A DNA stretch of 64,000 nucleotides from Piedraia hortae CBS 480.64 (Eukaryota): contig MU005970.1 of the NCBI GenBank assembly GCA_010093745.1, forward strand, positions 6,138-70,137, given 5' to 3'. The notes below the pieces were generated by a model. It worked only from the letters and a program-made list of their open reading frames with translations. It was not told where the DNA came from and did not search any database. Below, in pieces: positions 46,825 through 56,073 of the stretch (position 1 is its first letter; the number at the start of each line of letters is the position of its first letter). A program made the translations under genes and the position numbers.

Positions 46825-47874
46825 ATGTCGATCGTAACTCCAGCGAGGACGACGCGTACGACTTGGGAACGCGAGGTTGACAGCGCGAGGCCAAGCAAAA
46901 GGTAAGCGAGCCCTCCTCTTCCATCTTTGAAGTCGACATGATGCTGCACAACAAGATGGGAATCTCTCCGAATACCCCATGAGGAGCATATTATTATCTT
47001 GATCTCTGATACGCCTTCAAAGCTGCCCGCCTGTCGCTACAGCTGCCCGTTTTTGTCGTAGTCCAATCTGACATGATACAGGGAGATTGACCATGTTGTC
47101 CTGGACTACCTCATCACCGAGGGATATCCTGAGGTTGCCAAGCTTTTCGCACACGATGCGGATCTGAAGCTCCCGGACGAACAGTCCATGTGGAGTCGAA
47201 TGTCAGTTCGCAATGCAATCCACGACGGCGACGCGGGCAAAGCGATTGAATTACTCAACGATTTCAATGCCGAAGTAAGTTCTATCCACCCTCCCTTGGC
47301 ATGATTAAACCGTAGTTCATGCACCACTCTGAGCCCCAGGGCCATGTTGATGCAAACACTCTTCAGTCCTCAGAATGATGTCCATTCCTGCAAAAGCTCG
47401 TAGCGACTGTACGGACCAGGCTAACAGGCACAGATACTTGACAACGACGGGCTTTTGCACTTTCGTCTTCTTCAAATGCAATTGATTGAAATTATCCGGC
47501 CCGTCCTCGCCAAAGGCAAAGATGTAAATGTTGAAGAGTTCCGTCCCGCCCTTGAGTTTGCGCGCAACCAGCTCGCACCACGCGTTCCAACGGGCGATGA
47601 GTATCGGAAGATTATGGAACACACAATGGCATTGATGATTTTTGACCCAATGCATGCCGGACCAGAGTTGACGTCGCTGCTTGACCACAATCTCAGATAC
47701 AATCTGGCTTCAGCGGTCAACAAGGCCATGTTGGACAGTCGGAAGGAGTCATCGGAGGCCAAAATTCTCCAACTGGAGCGCACCAACGTGTGGGCAGAAC
47801 TGCGTGCCGGTGAAGCGAAATTGGGCATACCTCCAAAAGACGACGATGACTATGATGATCCCATGGTTTCTTGA
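46825..47874 (+). CDS. LisH/CTLH/CRA protein, Gid8-like subunit of the GID/CTLH E3 ligase
   Basis: Exons 46825-46901, 47082-47274 and 47434-47874: EIDHVVLDYLITEGYPEVAKLF (LisH), RNAIHDGDAGKAIELLND, LHFRLLQMQLIEIIR, ALEFARNQLAP, MEHTMALMIF. Confidence 0.85.
46925..47022 (+). ncRNA. Intronic box C/D snoRNA, SNORD79 (U79)-like
   Basis: In GID8 intron 1 (180 nt). 8-bp terminal stem CTTTGAAG/CTTCAAAG, box C variant ATGATGC 46938, guide AGATGGGAATCTCT + D' CCGA 46968, C' ATGAGGA 46979, D CTGA 47006. The guide pairs with LSU GAGAUUCCCA. Confidence 0.85.
47297..47384 (+). ncRNA. Intronic box C/D snoRNA, snR40/SNORD32-like (predicted guide for 18S G1271, yeast numbering)
   Basis: In GID8 intron 2 (159 nt). 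Box C variant ATGATTA 47301, guide CATGCACCACT + D' CTGA 47329, GCCC/GGGC hairpin, C' ATGTTGA 47344, degenerate D (ATGA 47375). The guide pairs with 18S GUGGUGCAUG. Confidence 0.75.
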
Positions 47875-48025
47875 AAACGTGTACGAATAGTGTGTAATGT
47901 AGTAGGCCTCACGAATTTCTATATGTAGTGTCATTCCACCATCAACATTGAAAAACAGGCACATGTACACACCGTAGCCTCGGTTGAGGAGCAGTCGTAT
48001 GAAAAACAACAGCCCAGGCGTAGCC

Positions 48026-48766
48026 ATGGAACTCACAACCACGCTCTTATGGACCCTCATAGCCTTCTTTTCCCTCATCACCCACAGCAGCGGCCTCCCA
48101 TCCACCCACGATGAACAAGCTGCCCTAACCTCCAAAATCCCGCTAGAAATCCACATCATGTCCAAATGCCCCGACACACGCGACTGTCTAAGCCAGTACA
48201 TCCTTCCCGCCATGCAAAACGTCTCTGACCTCGTCGACTTTACACTTTCCTACATCGGATAGTAAGCCCATCACCTTCCCCTCCCCCNNNNNNNNNNCCC
48301 CCAAACCCCCAATCAATCCTCCACGCTGACCGGGTGAACCAGCACAACAAAGGACGACGGAGTCGAATGTCTCCACGGCCCAAGCGAATGTCTAGGCAAC
48401 ATCCTCGAACTCTGCGCCGCGGAGATGTATCCCACCCCCAGAATCTATTTGGGATTTGCAATGTGTTTGTCCAAAAGACTGCGCGAGATTCCGGAACGAG
48501 GGTTGATTGAGAATTGTGCGTTGGAACATGGGATTTCGTTTGAGAGTTTGAATGAGTGTTCGACGAGAGATGATGGGGAGTTTGGACTGGAGTTGTTGAG
48601 GAAGAGTTTTGAGAGAAGTGAAAGTGCGGGTGTGAGGACTAGTTGTACGGTTAGGTTGCAGGATAAGGTGCGTTGTGTGAGGGACAGGGGGAGGTGGAAG
48701 AATTGTCCTGCTTCGGCGGACCCGAGGGTGTTGGTGAGGGATATTAGGGCGTTGGCGGGACGGTGA
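48026..48766 (+). CDS. GILT (gamma-interferon-inducible lysosomal thiol reductase)-like secreted protein
   Basis: Signal peptide, HIMSKCPD, intron 48262-48342 (contains the N gap), signature CLHGPSECLGN, SCTVRL..CVRD..W..C. Confidence 0.88.
48288..48297. other. Assembly gap (10 N) within a C-rich intron tract
   Basis: N run flanked by C runs. Confidence 0.99.
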
Positions 48767-48928
48767 GTTAATGGATGGGTATTTCGTTCATGAACATTGG
48801 GAGTGGTAAGTGACTAGAGTGTTTTGATTGTTTGGGATGTTAGGGAGCTGGCTGGAAGATGATATCATGTCATGTACAGCTGGATACTCCGTCCACAAAC
48901 CAAATCATTAGTTTAAAAGTACATTATT

Positions 48929-49714
48929 CTACTCAAACTCCTGGGCTTGACTGCTGAGGAGGAGGCCGATAATCAGCCCGAAAAGTCCGAGAACGGAGGA
49001 GAAGATCTCAATGACCAGAATTTTGACAAACCTGGACACCGTTAGTTCGTTGATATGTAGCCAGGCTGGTTAAATATACATGCTTGGGTCGGCGGCATCA
49101 GCAAGCGCGGCGCTGCTGCCGTTAATGCCGACGCTGACGCCGCAGACAAGGTTGCACGTGCCGACGAGGATTCCAGACCAGAAGAGAGCATAGCCGGTGA
49201 AGCAGTTGTTTGCCGAGTAGAGCTTGTCGGCAGAAACGGGTTGCAGCTTTGACGAGAAGATGATGCTCATGATGACGCCGTAGATGGCGACGACTTCGCA
49301 GAAGATGATGGAAATCAGGTTCTTTGTCCGGATGCGTGGTGCCTTGACGCCTCCTCCGAGTATCGAGCTTCCCGTGATGAAGATTCCCCTGTCTCTCTTA
49401 GCTCTCTAGCTTCTGCCCGCCCTTGTCCACATACCACGCTGCGCCGACAACCGATAGTCCAATACAAAGCCCGATTCCAGCTGATGCCCATGCGAACGGA
49501 GAGACAGACTCGAGAAAGGATCCAACCTGTATATGTTAATCTCCTTCGCAATCTTTGGTCAGTCCAGACGCACGTTAAAGGCTTCCCCTTGGCCTTGGAA
49601 GAGCATGTCTGCAGCTCCATTAGCGCTGATTCAGTTCGAATGTGGAAACATACATAGACCGACTACGGCCAGGGCGGAGCCGGTGCCATAGCTGCCGTAC
49701 GTGAGGCCTCCCAT
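48929..49714 (-). CDS. VMA16: V-ATPase proteolipid subunit c''
   Basis: Five exons: [87 protein letters not shown]. Confidence 0.93.
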
Positions 49715-49862
49715 GACTGTCTCGTTGCGATGAGGTTCGTCGGACAGGCCGCACGATGGCTGAGTCATCATCGGGGTAAATCATGGAACGGACCGTGCCG
49801 GATGTACCCCTCCTCTAAAATTCGCTGCTGCATCCCGGCGCAAACACCGACTGCCGCACACA

Positions 49863-50335
49863 ATGTCGGCGCCAGCTGGGAATCAAAGCTATTACGAGCT
49901 GTACCGCGGCACTTCGTACGTTACGAGTGGACGTAGAACAACGATGTCCCGCTTACACAGCGATCAGGATTGGGCTTGCGCTGGCTGATGCACTAGACGA
50001 GATGATCACCGCACGACAGATTGAGCCGCAGCTGGCGATGCGCATCATGAACAACTTTGACCAGTGCATTTCTGCGGTTCTGAGTGAACAAGTGCGAGCC
50101 AAGATGTCTTTCAAGGTAATCATCCGTCCTACACGAGCAAAAAAGGTTGGAAAAGATTGATGAATTTGTAAAGGGAAGCCTCGACACCTATCGCTTCTGT
50201 GATGAAGTCTGGACGTTTATTATTAACAACGCCAAGTTCAAAATGGACGGTGCTGGGGCCAGGGCCGATGGCTCGTCGAATGTCGAAGCGGCAAGGATCA
50301 AGATCGTCGCTTGTCAGTCCAAGCAACAGTCATGA
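49863..50335 (+). CDS. TOA2: Transcription factor IIA small (gamma) subunit
   Basis: YYELYRGTSIGLALADALDEMI, IEPQLAM, FKGSLDTYRFCDEVWTF, IKIVAC. Introns 49916-49967 and 50116-50173. Confidence 0.93.
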
Positions 50336-50400
50336 GTCTAGTGATACCCCCGAATTCATCTTCAGCGTGGCGTTTTTAGGCTTTTGGGTATCTCTGGTCT

Positions 50401-50874
50401 TCATCCCTCATCTTCATTCTCATCCGTGTCATCTTCCATCACCACATCCTCCTTGGCGTACTTCGCCGCCTCGCCCCCCACAGTCCTGATCAGCCTCTTT
50501 GCCCTCTTGATAGCCTCAAGCTGCACTTTCTTCATTGTCCCCGAGACATGTACGACGATGCACACACACTTCTTGTCCACAGGTGCAGGTAGATGATCCA
50601 TAAACGTCAACGCCGCCCACACAAGACGAAAATATTCCCTCGCAACGCGAACAATACCTGTACTCGTTGCCGGCGACCAGTACTTGACCGCAATCCTTGA
50701 GATGACCTTTCCCGCCCCAAACTCGCCAAAAAGGTACTCGACTTTTTTCAAGATCAGCCGTCGGAGCATTTGCGACGTCATCGCGTCCGAAGTTGGCGAG
50801 TGCGTCGATAACGTAGACCCATTCCTGGGATATAAAACATTAAACAGCAGATACCGATGTTTTATTCGTACCAT
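50401..50874 (-). CDS. POP5: RNase P/MRP subunit Pop5
   Basis: MVRIKHRYLL, LFGEFGAG, VKYWSPATSTGIVRVAR, VWAALT, VSGTMKK. Confidence 0.92.
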   Translation of the reverse strand: MVRIKHRYLLFNVLYPRNGSTLSTHSPTSDAMTSQMLRRLILKKVEYLFGEFGAGKVISRIAVKYWSPATSTGIVRVAREYFRLVWAALTFMDHLPAPVDKKCVCIVVHVSGTMKKVQLEAIKRAKRLIRTVGGEAAKYAKEDVVMEDDTDENEDEG

Positions 50875-50990
50875 TTTCCTCTCTGCCCTCGTCTGCAGTG
50901 CAGAAAATATAGTTTGCGCCGGCACGGACCGATCCACTAGCCCCATTCCATCGTCAGCGCACGAGAAAAAAAAGGTACATAGGACGAATA

Positions 50991-52925
50991 ATGGCAGAGG
51001 AAGGAATCGACCCTCGCTTCGAGGCCTTCACCAAAGAACCACAGCATATTATCCCTAGTCGGAAGAAAGCCCGTCCCGTCGTTGACAAGCGGTTCGCTAA
51101 AGAGCTTAAGAAAACCGCCCTAAATAAAGCGTCTATCGATCGCTACGGAAGGAAAATCTCCTCGAATAAAGGCAAGGACCGCATTAAGGAATTGTATAGT
51201 TTTGAGGATAGCGATGAGGAGGAGGAGCAGCGCAAGGATTTTGCGCGCGAGGGGGGGTTCTCGGCTTCGGAAACCGAGGATGATTCTTCGAGTGAAGAGG
51301 AGAGTGAACTTGATGAGGAGTTGTTAGGGCAGGAGACTGCGGGGGCGGGGGGGGAAGAAGAGGAGGATATCCCCTCCGGAGAGGTTACGAAGCGAATTGC
51401 AGTTGTGAACCTCGATTGGGATAATATTCGCGCGGTGGATTTGTTGGCTGTGGCGCAGAGTTTTGTGCCTGATCAGGGGTCGACGATTGAGGAGGTGGCA
51501 ATCTATCCGAGTGAATTTGGAAAGAAGAGGCTTGAGAAGGAAGATGTTGAGGGACCGCCGAAGGATATATTCGCCGGTAGGCAGATTGGTGTTGATGATG
51601 TTGATGATGTTGATGATGTTGATGATGATGATGAGGAGGAGGATGAGGAGGAGGATGAAGAGAACATTAGGAAACGTATTATTGCAGAACAGGCAAATGG
51701 TGGGGAAGAGTTTGATACGAAAAAGTTGCGGCAATATCAGCTCGAGAGGCTGAGGTATTACTATGCTGTAATTACCTGTGACTCGATCGATACGGCGAAG
51801 ATGCTGTATGAGAATATGGATGGGAGGGAGTACCTTGCTACCGCCAACTCGCTCGACCTCCGCTTCGTGCCCGATGACACGTCCTTTGAGGATGAGATCC
51901 CGAGGGAGGTTGCCCGTGAGTTGCCGTCGGGATATAAGCCCAACGAGTTCCGAACGGAAGCCCTCACACACTCAAAGGTGAGACTCACTTGGGATGACGA
52001 CGATACCACCCGCAAGGAAGTGCAGAAGCGTGCTTTCTCACGCGCCGAAATTGACGAAAACGATCTCAAAGCATATCTGGGTAGTGATAGCGAGGATGAA
52101 GAGGAGGAAACGGACAAGAAAAAGGCCGAAAGGTCAAAGTTGCGTGGCTTGTTGGGCCTCCCGGACCAGCCTGAAAAACCGGGGAAAGACGAGCCGGTGG
52201 GTGATATGCAGATCACCTTCACTTCTGGATTGAGCGGCGGCAAGGGGGACTATGAAGTGTTCGAAAACCTACCACAAGATGAAGAGAGCACAAGAGCTCG
52301 ATATATCAAGAAAGAGCGGGAACGAAAACAGCGGCGTAAGGAAAGGATGAAAGCTCTAAAAGGGCAGGAATCAAATGCTGAAAAGGAAGAAGATGCTGGC
52401 TTCGACGACCCGTTCTTCGATGACCCTGCCGCAGCAGCTATGGAGAAGAAAAAGGCGAAGAAGGCTGAAAAGCGAGCCAAGAAGAAAGCCGAGGAGGCCC
52501 AGGCAGAGGAAGACAAAGAGAAAACGAAGGAGCTGGAGCTGCTTATGATGGACCCCGCTGACGACGACGAAGAAATCCGTCACTTCGATCTGCGTGAAAT
52601 CAAAGCGGCAGAAAAGGCGAAGAAAAAGAAGAGAAGGAGAAAAGGCAAGGGCCAGGAAGATGCCGAAGTTGAAGAGGTTGAGTATGTCCCCGATTCCAGA
52701 TTTGCTAAAGTCTTGGATGATCCCAAATACGCAATTGACCCAACGAATCCGCACTATGTGGACACGCCAGGCATGCGTGCGCTGCTCAAAGAAGCGCGCA
52801 AGAAAAGGTCCCGCATCCCAGACGAAGGGGATGTTCAGCCCCAAAAAAAGGTCAAGGCCCCAGCAGAAGAGGATGTGCAAAGCATTGTGTCTCGGCTGAA
52901 GAAGAAGAGTAAGAAAAGTAATTAG
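50991..52925 (+). CDS. ESF1: Pre-rRNA-processing protein Esf1
   Basis: DPRF, IDRYGR, RIAVVNLDWDNIRAVDL, YPSEFGK, LRQYQLERLRYYYAV, DLRFVPDD, NUC153-like DSRF..YAIDPTNP. Confidence 0.94.
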   Translation: MAEEGIDPRFEAFTKEPQHIIPSRKKARPVVDKRFAKELKKTALNKASIDRYGRKISSNKGKDRIKELYSFEDSDEEEEQRKDFAREGGFSASETEDDSSSEEESELDEELLGQETAGAGGEEEEDIPSGEVTKRIAVVNLDWDNIRAVDLLAVAQSFVPDQGSTIEEVAIYPSEFGKKRLEKEDVEGPPKDIFAGRQIGVDDVDDVDDVDDDDEEEDEEEDEENIRKRIIAEQANGGEEFDTKKLRQYQLERLRYYYAVITCDSIDTAKMLYENMDGREYLATANSLDLRFVPDDTSFEDEIPREVARELPSGYKPNEFRTEALTHSKVRLTWDDDDTTRKEVQKRAFSRAEIDENDLKAYLGSDSEDEEEETDKKKAERSKLRGLLGLPDQPEKPGKDEPVGDMQITFTSGLSGGKGDYEVFENLPQDEESTRARYIKKERERKQRRKERMKALKGQESNAEKEEDAGFDDPFFDDPAAAAMEKKKAKKAEKRAKKKAEEAQAEEDKEKTKELELLMMDPADDDEEIRHFDLREIKAAEKAKKKKRRRKGKGQEDAEVEEVEYVPDSRFAKVLDDPKYAIDPTNPHYVDTPGMRALLKEARKKRSRIPDEGDVQPQKKVKAPAEEDVQSIVSRLKKKSKKSN

Positions 52926-52928
52926 ACA

Positions 52929-53494
52929 TCAATCATCCACTTCCATGGCGTCTTCACGGGGTTTGGGTCTGTTTGCGAGCTGTGTGTCCAGAGTCATCTG
53001 GCCATGAAGGACGGCACCCGCCTTGGTCTGCGAATCCTTGGCCGACTCCGCCTTGCGCTCTGCCTGACGCCGCTTCAGTTGCTGGACGCCAACAGGTTTG
53101 GGAACGACATCTACGAGGAACTCCAGATTCTCTACACGAGCCACAGCGTTTGCTTTTCCCATTAGCATCTCAAAATTGTTAGCTGCATCATCGATTGTTC
53201 ACATACCAACGTCGCGGTACTGGATGTTGCGGCGCGGTTTGCGCTCGGCCTTGACAACGTTATGCGCCTGTTCGACGACGTATTTCAGGAACATTTCCGT
53301 CGCGATGGTAATGGCAAATGCCGCATTGTTAGAGCATGGCCCAATATCACCGTCGGCCTGGATGATCTTCTTAACACGAGCCACTGCCAAAGGGTCAGCC
53401 TGCGCCTTCCACATCCCGCGGCATACTAACACGGCAGAGTAGCGGTGCCAGTTACCTTCTCAGGCAACACGATCGGCGTGTTGTTGTACGGCAT
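52929..53494 (-). CDS. Histone-fold protein, DNA polymerase epsilon Dpb3/CHRAC-like
   Basis: MPYNNTPI..TLP-LARVKKIIQAD..AFAITIATEMF..RRNIQYRDV-ANAVARVENLEFLVDVVP; two introns (GTTAGT..CAG; GTATGT..AAG at 53206-53153). Confidence 0.85.
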
Positions 53495-53631
53495 CGCTGG
53501 TTTGATGTCGCCGTCGGAGTGGCTGCATGTGGCAGTTTACCCTAGCCGCTTTTGTGAAACCCTAGCCGCTTTCGGAAGGAGCGGCGACTTCACCTGCTGC
53601 CGGACGGGCGGCCAGGCTGGATGGCCATGCA

Positions 53632-56073
53632 ATGAGCAACCGAGCCAGCCTCTCCAGCAGACGCTCGACCATCTCCAGACGTCTCTCCGCCGCCAGTCGC
53701 GATGTTTCCGCCTCCGCCGCCGACGACACGGCCGAGGAGCTGGCCGAGATCAAGCGTTATGAAGACTTTACAACCATCGACTGGGTGCAGGATGCAACGA
53801 GGGAGAACAGGCGGCGGGCGGCAAGGCGTAGGGAGCGCGCTGGGTTCTATGACCAAGACGGACGTTTGGGATGGCGGCGGAAGGCGTGGGAAGCCTACGA
53901 CGCCGGCCAGGCTTGGATCGTCGTCACGATTATTGGCGTTGCCGTCGGGCTGAATGCCGCTTTCCTGAATATCGTTACCGAATGGCTCAGCGACATCAAG
54001 CTCGGCCACTGTACCACGGCCTTCTATCTCAACGAAAGCTTCTGCTGCTGGGGCGCCGAGGACGGCTGTCCCGAATGGCACCGCTGGAGCTCTGTTGGGC
54101 TGATTAATTACTTTCTGTACATTGTAGCAGCTGGACTGCTGTCATTCTGCTCCGCGCGGCTGGTCAAATCGTATGCGCCGTACGCGGCTGGCAGTGGAAT
54201 CAGCGAAATCAAATGCATTACGGCTGGCTTCGTCATGAAGGGCTTTCTCGGCTTTTGGACGCTGCTGATCAAGACATTGGCCATGCCACTGAGCATTGCA
54301 TCAGGGCTCTCGGTCGGCAAAGAAGGCCCTTCGGTGCACTACGCCGTCTGTACGGGGAATGTCATCAGCCGCATGTTCGACAAATACCGGCGCAATGCAG
54401 CCAAGACGCGGGAGATCCTGTCCGCATGTGCGGCAGCTGGCGTGGCCGTGGCCTTTGGGTCTCCCATTGGCGGTGTGCTCTTCAGTTTAGAGGAGATGAG
54501 TAACTATTTCCCTCTCAAAACCATGTGGAGGTCGTATTATTGCTGCCTGGTGGCGACAGCCGTCTTGGCCGCCATGAATCCCTTTCGAACTGGCCAGTTG
54601 GTCATGTTCACCGTCAAATACGACCGTACCTGGCACTTCTTCGAGCTGCCATTTTACATTCTGCTCGGCGTCTTTGGCGGCCTATACGGCGCCTTTGTTA
54701 TGAAGTGGAATCTTCGGGTGCAGGACTTTCGAAAGCGCTATCTTAGCAAGTATCCCATTGTGGAGAGTGTGATCCTCGCCTGCCTGACCGCCGCCGTCTG
54801 CTACCCCAACAAGTTTCTGCGCATTGACATGACGGAAAGCATGGAGATCCTATTCCGCGAGTGCGAGGGCGGACACAACTATGACAATCTCTGTGAGAAG
54901 CCTGGACGGTGGTGGCTTGTTGTCTTGCTTCTCATCGCAACCGCCATCCGTACCTTTCTCGTCATCATTTCATACGGCTGCAAAGTGCCAGCGGGGATAT
55001 TCGTCCCGTCTATGGCCATTGGCGCTCTTTTCGGTCGCACCGTGGGAGTTTTGGTCCAGGTACTACACGAAGCCTTTCCCGACGCAGCTTACTTCTCCGC
55101 CTGCGAACCAGACTTACCCTGCATCACCCCTGGCACGTACGCCTTCCTTGGCGCTGGCGCCGCCCTCAGCGGCATCATGCACATCACCATCTCCGTGGTG
55201 GTCATCATGTTCGAGCTGACGGGCGCATTAACTTATATTCTGCCTACCATGATCGTTGTAGGGGCTACAAAAGCCGTGGCCGACTGGTGCGGCAAGGGCG
55301 GCATCGCCGATCGTATGATCTGGTTTAACGGCTTCCCCTTCCTCGATAACAAGGAGGAACACATATTCGGCATTGCCGTTCAAGAAATCATGACCTCAGA
55401 TCCGACCACTCTCCCCGTTACAGGCGCCTCCTTTAAACAGATCGACCTTCTCCTCACACAAACCAAATATCAAGGCTTCCCCATTGTCGACTCTGACGGC
55501 ATCCTCAAAGGTTACATTGGAAGAGTTGAGCTCCGCTATGCTCGCGAGCGCTTCAGCAGCGAAGCCACGGAGTCGTCTACATGCTCCTTTGTCGTGCCCG
55601 AAGGGCCTTCTTCTGCAGAGCCTTTCCCTGCAGGCAATCTCCCAACAAGCCCTCCACTCGACAAATCCCTTCCGAGCCCTGTCCCAGACGAAGCAACCCT
55701 GGATCTAAGTGCATTCATCGACCCCACACCCCTGAGCGTGCATCCTCAACTCCCTCTCGAAACCGTGATGGAACTCTTCAAAAAGCTCGGCCCGCGCGTT
55801 ATCCTCGTCGAGAAGCAAGGCATCCTCGTTGGCCTCGTCACGGTAAAAGACTGTCTCAAATACCAGTTCCACGTCGAGAAACACGTTACGCATCAAAACG
55901 TCTCGCTCAAACAGGAGCAGGAACGCCTTTGGATCTGGATAAGAGAGTCTATCGCCAGGGCTCTGGGGACACGCGTAGGACCGCTGGCGGGGAGGTTCTA
56001 TGCACCTCTCAGCGTGGATGATTATGAAACTGAGGGGTTGGTAGAGTTGGAGGATCGGAGGAGGGTTCTTTGA
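53632..56073 (+). CDS. CLC-family chloride channel / Cl-/H+ antiporter (Gef1-like)
   Basis: GSGISE, GKEGP, FGSPIGGVLFSLEE, GIFVP, FELTG, two C-terminal CBS domains; intronless 813 aa. Confidence 0.95.
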   Translation: MSNRASLSSRRSTISRRLSAASRDVSASAADDTAEELAEIKRYEDFTTIDWVQDATRENRRRAARRRERAGFYDQDGRLGWRRKAWEAYDAGQAWIVVTIIGVAVGLNAAFLNIVTEWLSDIKLGHCTTAFYLNESFCCWGAEDGCPEWHRWSSVGLINYFLYIVAAGLLSFCSARLVKSYAPYAAGSGISEIKCITAGFVMKGFLGFWTLLIKTLAMPLSIASGLSVGKEGPSVHYAVCTGNVISRMFDKYRRNAAKTREILSACAAAGVAVAFGSPIGGVLFSLEEMSNYFPLKTMWRSYYCCLVATAVLAAMNPFRTGQLVMFTVKYDRTWHFFELPFYILLGVFGGLYGAFVMKWNLRVQDFRKRYLSKYPIVESVILACLTAAVCYPNKFLRIDMTESMEILFRECEGGHNYDNLCEKPGRWWLVVLLLIATAIRTFLVIISYGCKVPAGIFVPSMAIGALFGRTVGVLVQVLHEAFPDAAYFSACEPDLPCITPGTYAFLGAGAALSGIMHITISVVVIMFELTGALTYILPTMIVVGATKAVADWCGKGGIADRMIWFNGFPFLDNKEEHIFGIAVQEIMTSDPTTLPVTGASFKQIDLLLTQTKYQGFPIVDSDGILKGYIGRVELRYARERFSSEATESSTCSFVVPEGPSSAEPFPAGNLPTSPPLDKSLPSPVPDEATLDLSAFIDPTPLSVHPQLPLETVMELFKKLGPRVILVEKQGILVGLVTVKDCLKYQFHVEKHVTHQNVSLKQEQERLWIWIRESIARALGTRVGPLAGRFYAPLSVDDYETEGLVELEDRRRVL

